From: Hyphomicrobiales bacterium
Lineage (GTDB): Bacteria > Pseudomonadota > Alphaproteobacteria > Rhizobiales > JAJFHC01
DNA length: 64,000 nt
Assembly (NCBI GenBank): GCA_965227875.1
Contig: OZ245783.1
Location: 4,442,356-4,506,355 of the forward strand
Reading direction: 5' to 3'
How positions within the stretch are numbered: the stretch's first letter is position 1; the number at the start of each line of letters is the position of its first letter. The notes below the pieces were generated by a model that saw only the letters and a list, made by a program, of their open reading frames with translations, ran no database searches and was not told the origin of the DNA. Below, piece after piece: positions 1-8,981 of this stretch. The position numbers and the translations under genes were made by a program.

Positions 1-725
1 TAGATCCCGAGATAGATCCCTCCGAGAATGGCGACGAAGAGCAGCACGATACCCCAGACCCGCATGAAGGCCTGGCCCCTTTCCGCCCAGGACGATTTCT
101 CAGCGGCGGGACCGGCGGAAGGGTCGCGGTAAACCGTCCATCGCACCGCGGCGAGGTAGAACAGGACACCGATGAGGCCGGGTATGACACCCGCCAGGAA
201 TAGCTTGTCGATGCTCTGTTCGGTCATGATGCCGTAGATGATGAGGATCACGCTGGGCGGAATCAGGATCCCGAGCGTGCCGCCGGCGGCGATCGAGGCC
301 GTCGCGAGCCTGTCGCTGTAGCCGAAGGCGCGCATCTGGGGCATGGCGACCTTGGACATGGTGGCCGCGGTCGCGAGCGAAGATCCGCAGATTGCGCTGA
401 ACCCGCCGCAGGCGACGATGGTGGCCATGGAAAGCCCGCCCTTGCGATGGCCGAGAAAGGCGTTGGACGCCCGGTAGAGATCGTTCGCCAGCCCGGCCTG
501 GCTGACCAGCATGCCCATCAGGATGAACAGCGGGACCACCGACAGGCTTTCCGTCTGCACCGTGTCGAGGATCGTACCGGCCGCCGGCGACAGCGAAGCC
601 CGCCAGTTCCAGTGGTTGATGGCCGCGAAACCGATCACGCCGACCAGTCCCATGGCATAGGCGATGGGCAGTCTGAGGAACACAAGCGCCAGAACGGCGG
701 CAAATCCGATCAGGGAGATTTCCAT
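1..725 (-). CDS. dctM: TRAP transporter large permease DctM (partial, runs off left edge)
   Basis: Own translation from ATG at 725: MEISLIGFAAVLALVFLRLPIAYAMG...FSAICGSSLATAATM...AAGGTLGILIPPSVILIIYG, the typical DctM motifs. Start overlaps the dctQ stop. Confidence 0.93.
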   Translation of the reverse strand, partial: MEISLIGFAAVLALVFLRLPIAYAMGLVGVIGFAAINHWNWRASLSPAAGTILDTVQTESLSVVPLFILMGMLVSQAGLANDLYRASNAFLGHRKGGLSMATIVACGGFSAICGSSLATAATMSKVAMPQMRAFGYSDRLATASIAAGGTLGILIPPSVILIIYGIMTEQSIDKLFLAGVIPGLIGVLFYLAAVRWTVYRDPSAGPAAEKSSWAERGQAFMRVWGIVLLFVAILGGIYLGI

Positions 726-1270
726 CAGACGTTCGGGTCCCGCATGTCTTTGCGCCGGCTCAACGGGGGATGGACGGCATAGGCGATGTCGATGAACAGC
801 TTGAAGAGCAGCGCCAGTCCCGCGACCAGCGTCATGAAGGTGACGAAATAGGCGATCGGATAGAGCGGCAGGTGCAGGAAGTCGGTGACGTAATTGCGCG
901 AATAGAGCCGGTCGGAGCGGAAGGCGAGCCAGTAGACCATGACGAGGAGACAGGCCGCGCCCAGAAGGTCGACGAGGCAGTCTCGCACATAGGCCGAGCG
1001 CCGGCCGAAATATCGGTCGAGAAGGTCAACCGTGATCTGTTCGCCCGTGACGGTCACCACCGGGAGGGCGCAGAAGATCATGGCGGCCATCATGAGACGG
1101 GTCAGTTCCGTCTTGCCGTTGACGGGCGCGTTGAGAATGTAGCGGCCGAAAACGTCGACACAGGTCAAGGCCAGCATGGCGAAGAGGATCGCCGCGCCGG
1201 CCAGCAACGTGACGCGGGCCAGCATGGTGCCGGCCCGCTCCAGTTTGTCTGTCAGTGTGACGAGAGCCAC
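725..1270 (-). CDS. dctQ: TRAP transporter small permease DctQ
   Basis: Four hydrophobic helices, DVFGRY..NAP and ITVDLL motifs, lies between dctP and dctM. Start set at GTG 1270 because the longer ORF overlaps dctP. Confidence 0.88.
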   Translation of the reverse strand: MALVTLTDKLERAGTMLARVTLLAGAAILFAMLALTCVDVFGRYILNAPVNGKTELTRLMMAAMIFCALPVVTVTGEQITVDLLDRYFGRRSAYVRDCLVDLLGAACLLVMVYWLAFRSDRLYSRNYVTDFLHLPLYPIAYFVTFMTLVAGLALLFKLFIDIAYAVHPPLSRRKDMRDPNV

Positions 1271-1277
1271 CGTCAGG

Positions 1278-2300
1278 TCACTTTTTGTATTCGGACATCG
1301 TCTTTGCAATGAAGTCGACCGCAGCCTGCGCATCGATGCCCTTGTCGGCGACTTCCTTGATGATCTTTTCGCGGATCGACTTGCCGACTTCGGCGAACAT
1401 TGCCTGGTCCTCGGCACTCGCTTCCTTCAGGTTCACGCCGACCTTCTTGGCGTTCTCGTATCCGACGACATCGGCATCCGCCCAGGCCTTGCCGGCCAGG
1501 GAAGACAGCGCCTCGCCCGTGGTGGACAGCACCGCTTCGCGATCCTTGTCGGACAGGCGCGACAGGGCCGCTTCGCTCATGATGATCGAGAACGAGCCGC
1601 GATAGAGACCGCCCGGCAGGGTCATCGTGTTGGGCGCCACCTCGAACAGCTTGAGGCTCTTGTTGGTTTCCATCGGCATCCAAACGCCGTCGGCCACGCC
1701 GCCGCTCAGGGTTTCATAGACTTTCGGCGCCGGAACCTGCACGCCGACCACGCCAAGGGCCGCGCCGACATCGGCACTCACGCCGCCACCGATCCGGATC
1801 TTCTTGCCATTGAGGTCGGCCAGTCCGTTGATCGCTTCGCGCATGTGGATCTGGCCGGGCCCGTGGGTCATCATGGCGATGACGCGAACGCCCTCATGCT
1901 CCTCGGCCTTGGCGAGAAACTTCTCGTGTGCTCGCCAGTGTGCGACCGATGCCGCTTCCGCGTCGCCCTCGTAGCCCGGAAGTTCGATCAGTTTGGTGGT
2001 GACGAAACGTCCGGGATTGTATCCGTGAAAGATCCAGGCGACGTCCGCGGTCCCGTCTTCCACGAGGTCGATCTGTCCTGGCGGCGGTGCCAGGCCGAAC
2101 TCGATCTTGCCGGTGACCCGGCCTTCGGTCGCTTCCTCGATCTGCTTGATCCATTGCGGGAACAGCACCGTGTTGACCGCATGCGGTGGTATCCAGCTCG
2201 AGATCTTGAGCACTTCCTGTGCGGACGCGGACACCACGCCGAAGCCCGCGACCGCTGCCGCAACCGATGCGGCGGCGAGCAATTTTCCGATGGATTTCAT
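1278..2300 (-). CDS. dctP: TRAP transporter substrate-binding protein DctP
   Basis: Signal peptide (MKSIGK...ASAQ), DLNGKKIR motif with the carboxylate-binding Arg, YETLSGGVADG. Confidence 0.92.
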   Translation of the reverse strand: MKSIGKLLAAASVAAAVAGFGVVSASAQEVLKISSWIPPHAVNTVLFPQWIKQIEEATEGRVTGKIEFGLAPPPGQIDLVEDGTADVAWIFHGYNPGRFVTTKLIELPGYEGDAEAASVAHWRAHEKFLAKAEEHEGVRVIAMMTHGPGQIHMREAINGLADLNGKKIRIGGGVSADVGAALGVVGVQVPAPKVYETLSGGVADGVWMPMETNKSLKLFEVAPNTMTLPGGLYRGSFSIIMSEAALSRLSDKDREAVLSTTGEALSSLAGKAWADADVVGYENAKKVGVNLKEASAEDQAMFAEVGKSIREKIIKEVADKGIDAQAAVDFIAKTMSEYKK

Positions 2301-2386
2301 TGTTTCACTCCCTTTGCTGCATAAACGCTTGAACCGCATGTTTCTCCCGTTTGCCGGTGTCCCGCGGGAGGTACATATCTGTTAAT

Positions 2387-2404
2387 TAGTTTCATTTGTA
2401 ACTA
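2387..2404. promoter_or_regulatory. Putative MarR operator TAGTTTCATTTGTAACTA upstream of dctP
   Basis: Inverted repeat TAGTT-N8-AACTA, 16/18 identical to each of the two copies at 14993 and 15013. Confidence 0.8.
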
Positions 2405-2456
2405 TCAGTAATGCAGACCCTTTGCAACAAGACCGAGGCCGTGTGCGCGACCGCGA

Positions 2457-3980
2457 TCAGACTGGATCCGGGCTGGCCGAAATCATTTCGGAAACCCTCT
2501 CCGTAACAATCTTCCCCATCGCGTTGCGGGGCAGATTGTCCACGAAATAGAAAGACTTGGGATGCTTGAAGCGGGCGATCTCGCGATCGAGGCGGCTTCT
2601 GATGAACGCCTCGTCGATCTCCGTGTCACCGGCCAGCACGATCGCCGCGACCGGCACCTCTCCCCAACGGTCGTCGGGCCGGCCGACGACGCAGCATTCG
2701 GCAATGCCCTCGACGGCGTTGAGGACCCGCTCGACTTCCGCGGCATAGATGTTCTCGCCGCCGGAAATGATGACCCTGTTGATCCTCTCCTGGAAATAGA
2801 GATAGCCGTCCGTATCGAACCGGCCGATATCCCCCGTGGCGAACCAGCCGTCCCTGAGCACTGCCGCGGTTTCGTCCGGCTTTCGCCAGTAGCCGCTCAT
2901 GACGTTCGGACCGCGAACCTCGATCTGGCCATCCTTGTCCGGCACTTCCACGGATTGGCCCCGGCTGTCGGTAAGGCGGACCGAACAGTGCAGCCCGGTT
3001 TTTCCGGTCGAGAGCGGATGGGTCCGCCCCTCGCCCGGCCGCTGGTAGACGGCGATCGGGCAGGTTTCCGTAGACCCGTAGACCTGGACCACGGGCACGC
3101 CCCGCGCTTCGAACGCTGAAATCAGGCCGGTCGGGACGACGGACGACCCGGTGGACAACATGCGCAGAGAGGACAGGTCGGCGTCCGCCCATCCCGCCTC
3201 CCGCATAATGGCTTCCATTGTTGCCGGGACAAGCACGGTCAGGCTCGGCCTGTCGGCGACGATCGCGTCCAGGGTAGCTCCCGGTTCGAAGCGTTCGTGC
3301 AGCAGGACGGTCGCGCCGCAATAGAGCGCCGGCGTGAGCTGGATGTTGAGGCCGCCGACGTGGAACAGCGGCAACACGGTGAGAATGACGTCGCTCGCAT
3401 GCATGGCGTGCATGTGCAGGCTGTTGAGCGCATTGAAGAACAGGGACCGCTGGGTATGCACCGCGCCCTTGGGGCGGCCGGTCGTCCCCGACGTGTAGAC
3501 GATGAGGATCGCGTCATCCGGCCCGCCCTCGTCCGTCCCGTCCTCGTCCGTCCCTTGACCGGCTGTCAGCGGCGTTCCCTCGAGGTCGTCATGGGTGGCG
3601 ACCGGCAGGCTGCCCGCGATGTTCCGGGCGGTCTCCCGGTGACTGTCGTCGCAAACCAGCAATCCGGGCGTACAATCGGAAATGACATATGCCATTTCCG
3701 CGTCCGCGAGCCGCCAGTTCATCGGCACCGCGATGGCACCGATGCGGGCACACGCGAAAAGCAGCGCGACCATCTCGGGATGGTTGAAGCCCAGGTAGCA
3801 GACCCTGTTGCCGCGCCGTATACCGTGAACGTCGCGGAGCGTGGCGGCGATCCCCCGCGACCAATGGGAGAGACGGCCATACGTGACCGGGTCCCGGCCG
3901 GGTACGGCAAGCGCGGGTTTGGCGGGCGTGAACCGTGCGTGGCAGTCGATCCAGCGGGCAATGCTGCCCGTCTCAGTCAT
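2457..3980 (-). CDS. Acyl/aryl-CoA ligase (AMP-binding)
   Basis: YTSGTTGRPKG, YGSTE, WFATGD and PRNAMGK motifs all intact. Confidence 0.92.
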   Translation of the reverse strand: MTETGSIARWIDCHARFTPAKPALAVPGRDPVTYGRLSHWSRGIAATLRDVHGIRRGNRVCYLGFNHPEMVALLFACARIGAIAVPMNWRLADAEMAYVISDCTPGLLVCDDSHRETARNIAGSLPVATHDDLEGTPLTAGQGTDEDGTDEGGPDDAILIVYTSGTTGRPKGAVHTQRSLFFNALNSLHMHAMHASDVILTVLPLFHVGGLNIQLTPALYCGATVLLHERFEPGATLDAIVADRPSLTVLVPATMEAIMREAGWADADLSSLRMLSTGSSVVPTGLISAFEARGVPVVQVYGSTETCPIAVYQRPGEGRTHPLSTGKTGLHCSVRLTDSRGQSVEVPDKDGQIEVRGPNVMSGYWRKPDETAAVLRDGWFATGDIGRFDTDGYLYFQERINRVIISGGENIYAAEVERVLNAVEGIAECCVVGRPDDRWGEVPVAAIVLAGDTEIDEAFIRSRLDREIARFKHPKSFYFVDNLPRNAMGKIVTERVSEMISASPDPV

Positions 3981-5226
3981 CGCTTTCGCCTGCTTCGTAA
4001 AGCGCTTCGCGTCCGATCCTGTCGAGGCAGAGTTCCGCCGTCCAGGGAAGCATCAGCGAGCCGCACCGGCTGTCGCGGTAGAGACGTTCCAGCGGCAGCG
4101 CACACAGCATGGACTGACCCCCGCATGTCCGGATTGCCAGCCGGCATAGGTCGTTGGCCGTTTCCATGACCGTGTACTGCGCGGTATAGGCCCGCAGCAC
4201 CTGCTCCTTGCTCGGTTGCGGGCCCGCTTCGGTGATCGCCTGGAACCAGATCGCCTTCGCGCATTCGAGCTTGGTGTGCATCTCGGCGACGGCGAGCTGT
4301 TTGGTGGGATACATGCGCCGCTTCACCGGCGGGGTTCCCGGCACCTCGCCGCGCAGGTAGCTCACGGTGAAATCATAGGCCGCCTGGGCGATGCCCATAT
4401 ATGTCGGCGAAAGCGTGAGAAACATGTGCGGCCAGGACGAGGCGGCCTGGAAATACACGCCCTGCGGCATGAGCTGGCCGTCGTCCTCCACGAAGACGTC
4501 GTCGAAGAGCAGCGTGCGCGAAACCGTGCCCCGCATGCCGAGCGGATCCCAGTCGCCCACTACGGAAATACCGTCGGCGTCCGCCGGGATGGCGAGATAG
4601 AGCGTGTCGCGCCGGCTCGGTTTGCGGTCTTCGTGGATCAGGGTGCACAGGACCCCGTAATAATCCGCATGGCCCGCCAGCGACGCGAAGATCTTCTTGC
4701 CGGAAACCCTGTATCCACCGTCGACCTTCGTGGCCTGAGTGGCGAAGGGCGTGAAACCCGCGGCCGCGGAACTGCCTTCGGAAAAGGGCTGCGAATAGAC
4801 CGCGCCATCGTCGAGGATCCGCCGGTAATGCACCGAGCGCCGACGCCGGTGTTCCTCGCGGTCGGCATCCGTCATGTCCAGATCGTCCGCGAGCGGCCCG
4901 CTCCACAGGCAAGAGCACACATGCATGTTCCAGGTCAGGGCGGTTGCACCGCAATAGCGGCCGATCTCGGCCGCGGTCAGGCAATAGGCGCGAAAGCCGG
5001 CCCCCTCGCCTCCGTCCTCTTCGGGAATGCAGATGCCGAGAAAATTATGCTCGTGCATATCCTTGTAGTTCTGCGAGGGAAACACCGCCTCGCGGTCCCA
5101 TTTCGAGGCCCGTTCGGCGAACAGCGTGCGGCCGAGTTCGCGGGCCTTCGCAGTCAGCCGGCTTTCCTGCTCGTCGAGCCGGAAGGCTTCGGGATCGAAC
5201 ATCGCCCTGTCGGCACTATCGCTCAT
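3973..5226 (-). CDS. Acyl-CoA dehydrogenase-fold flavoprotein (possibly a monooxygenase)
   Basis: SGKKIFAS, WDPLGMRGTVS and PLERLYRD motifs. Overlaps both neighbours. Confidence 0.85.
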   Translation of the reverse strand: MSDSADRAMFDPEAFRLDEQESRLTAKARELGRTLFAERASKWDREAVFPSQNYKDMHEHNFLGICIPEEDGGEGAGFRAYCLTAAEIGRYCGATALTWNMHVCSCLWSGPLADDLDMTDADREEHRRRRSVHYRRILDDGAVYSQPFSEGSSAAAGFTPFATQATKVDGGYRVSGKKIFASLAGHADYYGVLCTLIHEDRKPSRRDTLYLAIPADADGISVVGDWDPLGMRGTVSRTLLFDDVFVEDDGQLMPQGVYFQAASSWPHMFLTLSPTYMGIAQAAYDFTVSYLRGEVPGTPPVKRRMYPTKQLAVAEMHTKLECAKAIWFQAITEAGPQPSKEQVLRAYTAQYTVMETANDLCRLAIRTCGGQSMLCALPLERLYRDSRCGSLMLPWTAELCLDRIGREALYEAGESDD

Positions 5227-5965
5227 CTGCTGTCTCCTTCAGGAAGGTACGGATCGCTGAGTTGAAGGCTGCCGGCCGCTCGAGGTTGGCCAGGTGACCG
5301 GCCTCCGGGATCTCGTGAAACCGGCTGCCGGGGATTTTCGCGGCCATCCGGGACATCATCGCGGCCGGCGCGCTGGCGTCCTTTTCCGCGGCGAGGACGA
5401 ACGTCGGCATGGATATGTCGGCCAGCGAGGCCCTGAGGTCGAAGGTCACGAGAAGTTCCATGGAGGCGCGGTAAGTGGCCTGTTCGACACTGGACATGGC
5501 CTCGACCGCGACCGCGCGTCCGTCATCGTCCGCGCCGTCCGCCATCAGGGACGCGACGATCCCCGGGGCGAGGTCGGCCATCGTCCGTCCGGCATCGAGC
5601 GGACCGAGACGGTCGGCGACGAAGCGCTTCTGGAATTCACCGTCCGGGTTGCCGAACGCGGGGCTCGTGCCCGAGAGGACAAGTCGGCTGATCCGCCCCG
5701 GATGGGTCTTGGCCAGTTGCTGCGCGATCATGCCGCCGAACGAATGGCCAACGACCACCGCACGGTCGATGCCAAAAGCCGTCATGTCTTCGGCAAGCCG
5801 ATCCGCGATGGCCTCGAATGTGAAGGGGTCCGGCAGCGGACGGCCGCCATAGCCCGGCACGTTCCAGCAAAGCACGCGGTGATCGGCGGAAAAATGGCGC
5901 ACCTGTTCCGGCCAGACACGCGAGGACCCGCCCACACCGTGCACGAAGATCATGGTGCCGGTCAT
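5216..5965 (-). CDS. Alpha/beta hydrolase (position equivalent to NicD deformylase)
   Basis: C-terminal part of the 589-aa ORF. Real start MTGTMIFVHG overlaps the upstream stop (ATGA). GHSFGG nucleophile elbow, EKD, GHLANLE. Confidence 0.85.
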   Translation of the reverse strand: MTGTMIFVHGVGGSSRVWPEQVRHFSADHRVLCWNVPGYGGRPLPDPFTFEAIADRLAEDMTAFGIDRAVVVGHSFGGMIAQQLAKTHPGRISRLVLSGTSPAFGNPDGEFQKRFVADRLGPLDAGRTMADLAPGIVASLMADGADDDGRAVAVEAMSSVEQATYRASMELLVTFDLRASLADISMPTFVLAAEKDASAPAAMMSRMAAKIPGSRFHEIPEAGHLANLERPAAFNSAIRTFLKETADER

Positions 5966-7011
5966 CCGAACACCCCTTCGACGATATCGCCGGCGTCGAT
6001 CACGGTCTCTCCGTCCAGGGTGATCGTGCACCCCCTTACCGGCAGGTCGAAATGACCCTCCGTGAACCGCCCGGCAAACTCGTTCGCACCCGTAGAGAAC
6101 AGGAAATTGCCGGCATAGGCCCGGACTTCCGTCCCGTTCGTGTCCCTCTGGTCGTAGAACGCGAGCGCCTCGTAGCGCGCGTTCGGGTTCATCCCCCAGC
6201 CGACGTGCGACACCGCATAGGCTTCCCGGTCGCCCCAGGCGGACATGTAGCGCCGCATGAGTTCGGCGTCCGTGCCGTCGCCGTCGATACGGGTCACGTA
6301 GTCGTCCTCGATCACAAGCGTGACCGGACGCTCGAGATATCTCTTGAAGGTGAGGTTCACGTCTCCCGCATCGAGGACCAGGGTCCCGTTCACGCTGCCT
6401 GCCCTGGGGAAGGAGACCACAAGGCCGGCCGGCCAGTGGGCGACGGTGCCGGGGCGATCCGTATAGCCCCAGACCCCCGCCGTCGACGCGCCTTCCATGA
6501 CGACGTCGAGATCGGTCCCGGCAGCCGAGGTGACCTTCATCGACGACGTGGCCCGGCACCGCTTGATCGCCGCCTTGACCCGTGGGGTCAGCTCGGGGTC
6601 GGGTGCAAGGCGTTCCAGCGCGTCGGGGTGTTCGTTGGAGATCATCAGGACGCGGGGGCCGGATTTGAGAATACCGGGAAGCTCGGGGGCATGGAGCAGC
6701 CCCTCGACGGTCAGGTCGACCACCATGGTGCAGGCGCCCAGGGCGGCGAGGATGCACGGATGCTCCTTCAGGGAATGCGAACCTCCGGTTGAGCGCACAG
6801 GCACCGGTGCGGTCTGCGGCGGCGTGACCGCGGTAACGTGTACGGGTCTGGCGCCCAGTTCCAGGAGGGCGAGTTCGGTCAGGTGGACGTTGAGCGCGCG
6901 GGACTGGGTCTCGGACAGGATCGCGACCGCTTCGCCTTTGCCGACGTTGCAGAGCCTGAAAACATCGAGGAAGGCCTCGATCCATCGCCGTTCGATCCGG
7001 TCGTTCAGCAT
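5962..7011 (-). CDS. NicX-like (M29-fold) 2,5-dihydroxypyridine 5,6-dioxygenase family protein
   Basis: About 349 aa. LLH, HWP, GTLVLDAGD, SHVGWG, GNFLFSTG and HFD match P. putida NicX as I recall it, including the His/His/Asp Fe(II) triad. Confidence 0.82.
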   Translation of the reverse strand: MLNDRIERRWIEAFLDVFRLCNVGKGEAVAILSETQSRALNVHLTELALLELGARPVHVTAVTPPQTAPVPVRSTGGSHSLKEHPCILAALGACTMVVDLTVEGLLHAPELPGILKSGPRVLMISNEHPDALERLAPDPELTPRVKAAIKRCRATSSMKVTSAAGTDLDVVMEGASTAGVWGYTDRPGTVAHWPAGLVVSFPRAGSVNGTLVLDAGDVNLTFKRYLERPVTLVIEDDYVTRIDGDGTDAELMRRYMSAWGDREAYAVSHVGWGMNPNARYEALAFYDQRDTNGTEVRAYAGNFLFSTGANEFAGRFTEGHFDLPVRGCTITLDGETVIDAGDIVEGVFG

Positions 7012-7058
7012 GGGCGTTCTCCGTATTCGCGCGAGAGGAAGGCTATCAGATCGCAAAT

Positions 7059-7076
7059 TATGTGCAAATGGAAATG
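7059..7076. promoter_or_regulatory. Putative operator TATGTGCAAATGGAAATG upstream of the nicX-like operon
   Basis: Imperfect palindrome (ATnTnCA-NN-TGnAnAT) in an AT-rich spacer. 13/18 match to the reverse complement of the hmg-type operator consensus. Confidence 0.5.
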
Positions 7077-7092
7077 TTTATATCTAAAATAA

Positions 7093-7524
7093 TCAGGATT
7101 TCTTATCATCGGGCAGCACGAGTTTTTGCAATATCGACTTCAGCGTCCCGATCTCGTCGGCGGACAGCCCGCTGGTGTCGAGGTCTTCCCGGTCCCGCGC
7201 AGCGGCGATCAGCGCTCGCGCCAGGTCCCGGCCATGGTGCGTCAGCACGAGCCTCACGTTCCGCCGGTCGGCCGAATCCGCGGTCCGGCTGACGAGGTTT
7301 CGCATTTCCATGCCGTCGAGGCGGCGTGAGAGTGTCGATTGCGGAACGAGAACATGGCCCGCGAGACGCGAGATGCTCATCCCCTGCTCGGCATCGTAGA
7401 GCGTGGACAGAACACGCCATTCCGATTCCTTGATTGCCTGCTGCTTGAGCGTGCGGTGGAATGGCAGGCTTGTTTTCTCCGCTGCCTGGGCAAGCAGGTA
7501 GGGGAGATAATTCTCGACGAACAT
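7093..7524 (-). CDS. MarR family transcriptional regulator
   Basis: YLPYLL, EWRVL, winged HTH and DRR wing motif. Confidence 0.92.
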   Translation of the reverse strand: MFVENYLPYLLAQAAEKTSLPFHRTLKQQAIKESEWRVLSTLYDAEQGMSISRLAGHVLVPQSTLSRRLDGMEMRNLVSRTADSADRRNVRLVLTHHGRDLARALIAAARDREDLDTSGLSADEIGTLKSILQKLVLPDDKKS

Positions 7525-7620
7525 GTCTGCTGGGCCGTCCCTTGGTTGCGCCTGTGTCTAGGCAACACGTTCGCGCCGGGATATTCAACAACAAGGACGT
7601 CATATGGCGAGGATGGGACA

Positions 7621-8904
7621 ATGACCATGGACACGCAGGCCCACTGGCTTCCGCGACGCCAGGCCGACCCCGGCTGGAGCGAGGCGGAGGAACGTGACGT
7701 GATCGAACGGTTCGATCCGCGGAACCTTCCCCGGTCCTTCTACGACAATCCCTACCCCGTCTATCGCGCACTTCTGCGCCATGATCCGGTCCACCTGTGT
7801 CCGGACGGCTCCTATTTCGTCTGCCGCTATGCAGACCTGCTGGAAATCTACCGGGACACCAGGCGCTACAGTTCCGACAAGAAGAAGGAGTTCGGGCCCA
7901 AATACGGAGAGTCGCCGCTTTTCGAACATCATACGACGAGCCTTGTCTTCAACGATCCGCCGCTCCATACGCGTGTCCGCAAGCTCATCGTGGGCGCCCT
8001 CACGCCGCGCGCCATCGCCAGCATGGAAGCGGGGCTGATCGCCCTGGTCGACGGACTCCTCGACCGCGCGCAGGACAAGGGTGAGTTCGACCTGATCGAG
8101 GATTTCGCCTCCGCCATACCGGTCGAGATCATCGGCAACCTGCTTGGCGTGCCCCGTGAGGAAAGAGAACCGCTGAGGAACTGGTCGCTTGCGATCCTCG
8201 GTGCGCTCGAACCGACGCTGACGCCCGACCAGGAAAGACGGGGCAACGAGGCCGTGGTCGAGTTCGTCGACTACCTGAGGACACTCGTCGCCGACCGCCG
8301 CAAGAATCCCGGCGACCCCTCGTCCGATGTCCTGACACGCCTCATTGAGGGCGAGATCGACGGCGAGAAACTGAGTGAGACCGAACTCCTGCAGAACTGC
8401 ATCTTCATCCTGAACGCCGGGCACGAAACGACCACCAACCTGATCGGAAACGGGCTTTATGCGCTCATGGAATGGCCGGATGAACGCGCCCGCCTGCTGG
8501 ACGATCCGGGCCTGATCGACAGCGCCGTCGAGGAGTTCCTGCGGTTTGAGAGCTCCAACCAGCTCGGCAACCGCATCACGACGGGACCGGTCGAACTGGG
8601 CGGCCTCTCCATGCCTGCAGACACGCGTATTACCCTGTGCATCGGCGCGGCCAACCGGGATCCGGCCCAGTTCCCCGACCCGGACCGGCTTGACGTTTCA
8701 CGGCATCCGAACCGCCATCTCGCCTTTGCGTCCGGTCCGCACACCTGTGCAGGACTGAGCCTCGCCCGGCTGGAGGGCAAGATCGCGATTTCCCGCTTCA
8801 TCGACCGCTTTCCGGATTACGGGCTGAGTGGCCAGCCCGTCCGCGGAGGCCGTGTCAGGTTTCGCGGATTTCTGAGCGTTCCGCTCTCGACGGGGCATCA
8901 CTGA
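7621..8904 (+). CDS. Cytochrome P450
   Basis: DPPLHTRVR, AGHETT (I-helix), EEFLR (ExxR), HLAFASGPHTCAG (heme Cys). Confidence 0.95.
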   Translation: MTMDTQAHWLPRRQADPGWSEAEERDVIERFDPRNLPRSFYDNPYPVYRALLRHDPVHLCPDGSYFVCRYADLLEIYRDTRRYSSDKKKEFGPKYGESPLFEHHTTSLVFNDPPLHTRVRKLIVGALTPRAIASMEAGLIALVDGLLDRAQDKGEFDLIEDFASAIPVEIIGNLLGVPREEREPLRNWSLAILGALEPTLTPDQERRGNEAVVEFVDYLRTLVADRRKNPGDPSSDVLTRLIEGEIDGEKLSETELLQNCIFILNAGHETTTNLIGNGLYALMEWPDERARLLDDPGLIDSAVEEFLRFESSNQLGNRITTGPVELGGLSMPADTRITLCIGAANRDPAQFPDPDRLDVSRHPNRHLAFASGPHTCAGLSLARLEGKIAISRFIDRFPDYGLSGQPVRGGRVRFRGFLSVPLSTGHH

Positions 8905-8981
8905 AATAATTTCGCTGGTCTGCCTTACCCGGTTTCGCCATGCCAATCGCTGCGCGCGAGAAACAGCGGAGGACGGCGGCT

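Noticed and set aside
3526-3556. Short direct repeat encoding GTDEDGTDEG in the CoA ligase
   Set aside because: A two-copy micro-duplication in a linker, not a repeat array.
5216-6985. 589-aa ORF that looks like a fusion protein
   Set aside because: The N-terminal part is an alternate frame of the nicX-like gene. The real hydrolase starts at ATG 5965 with an ATGA overlap.
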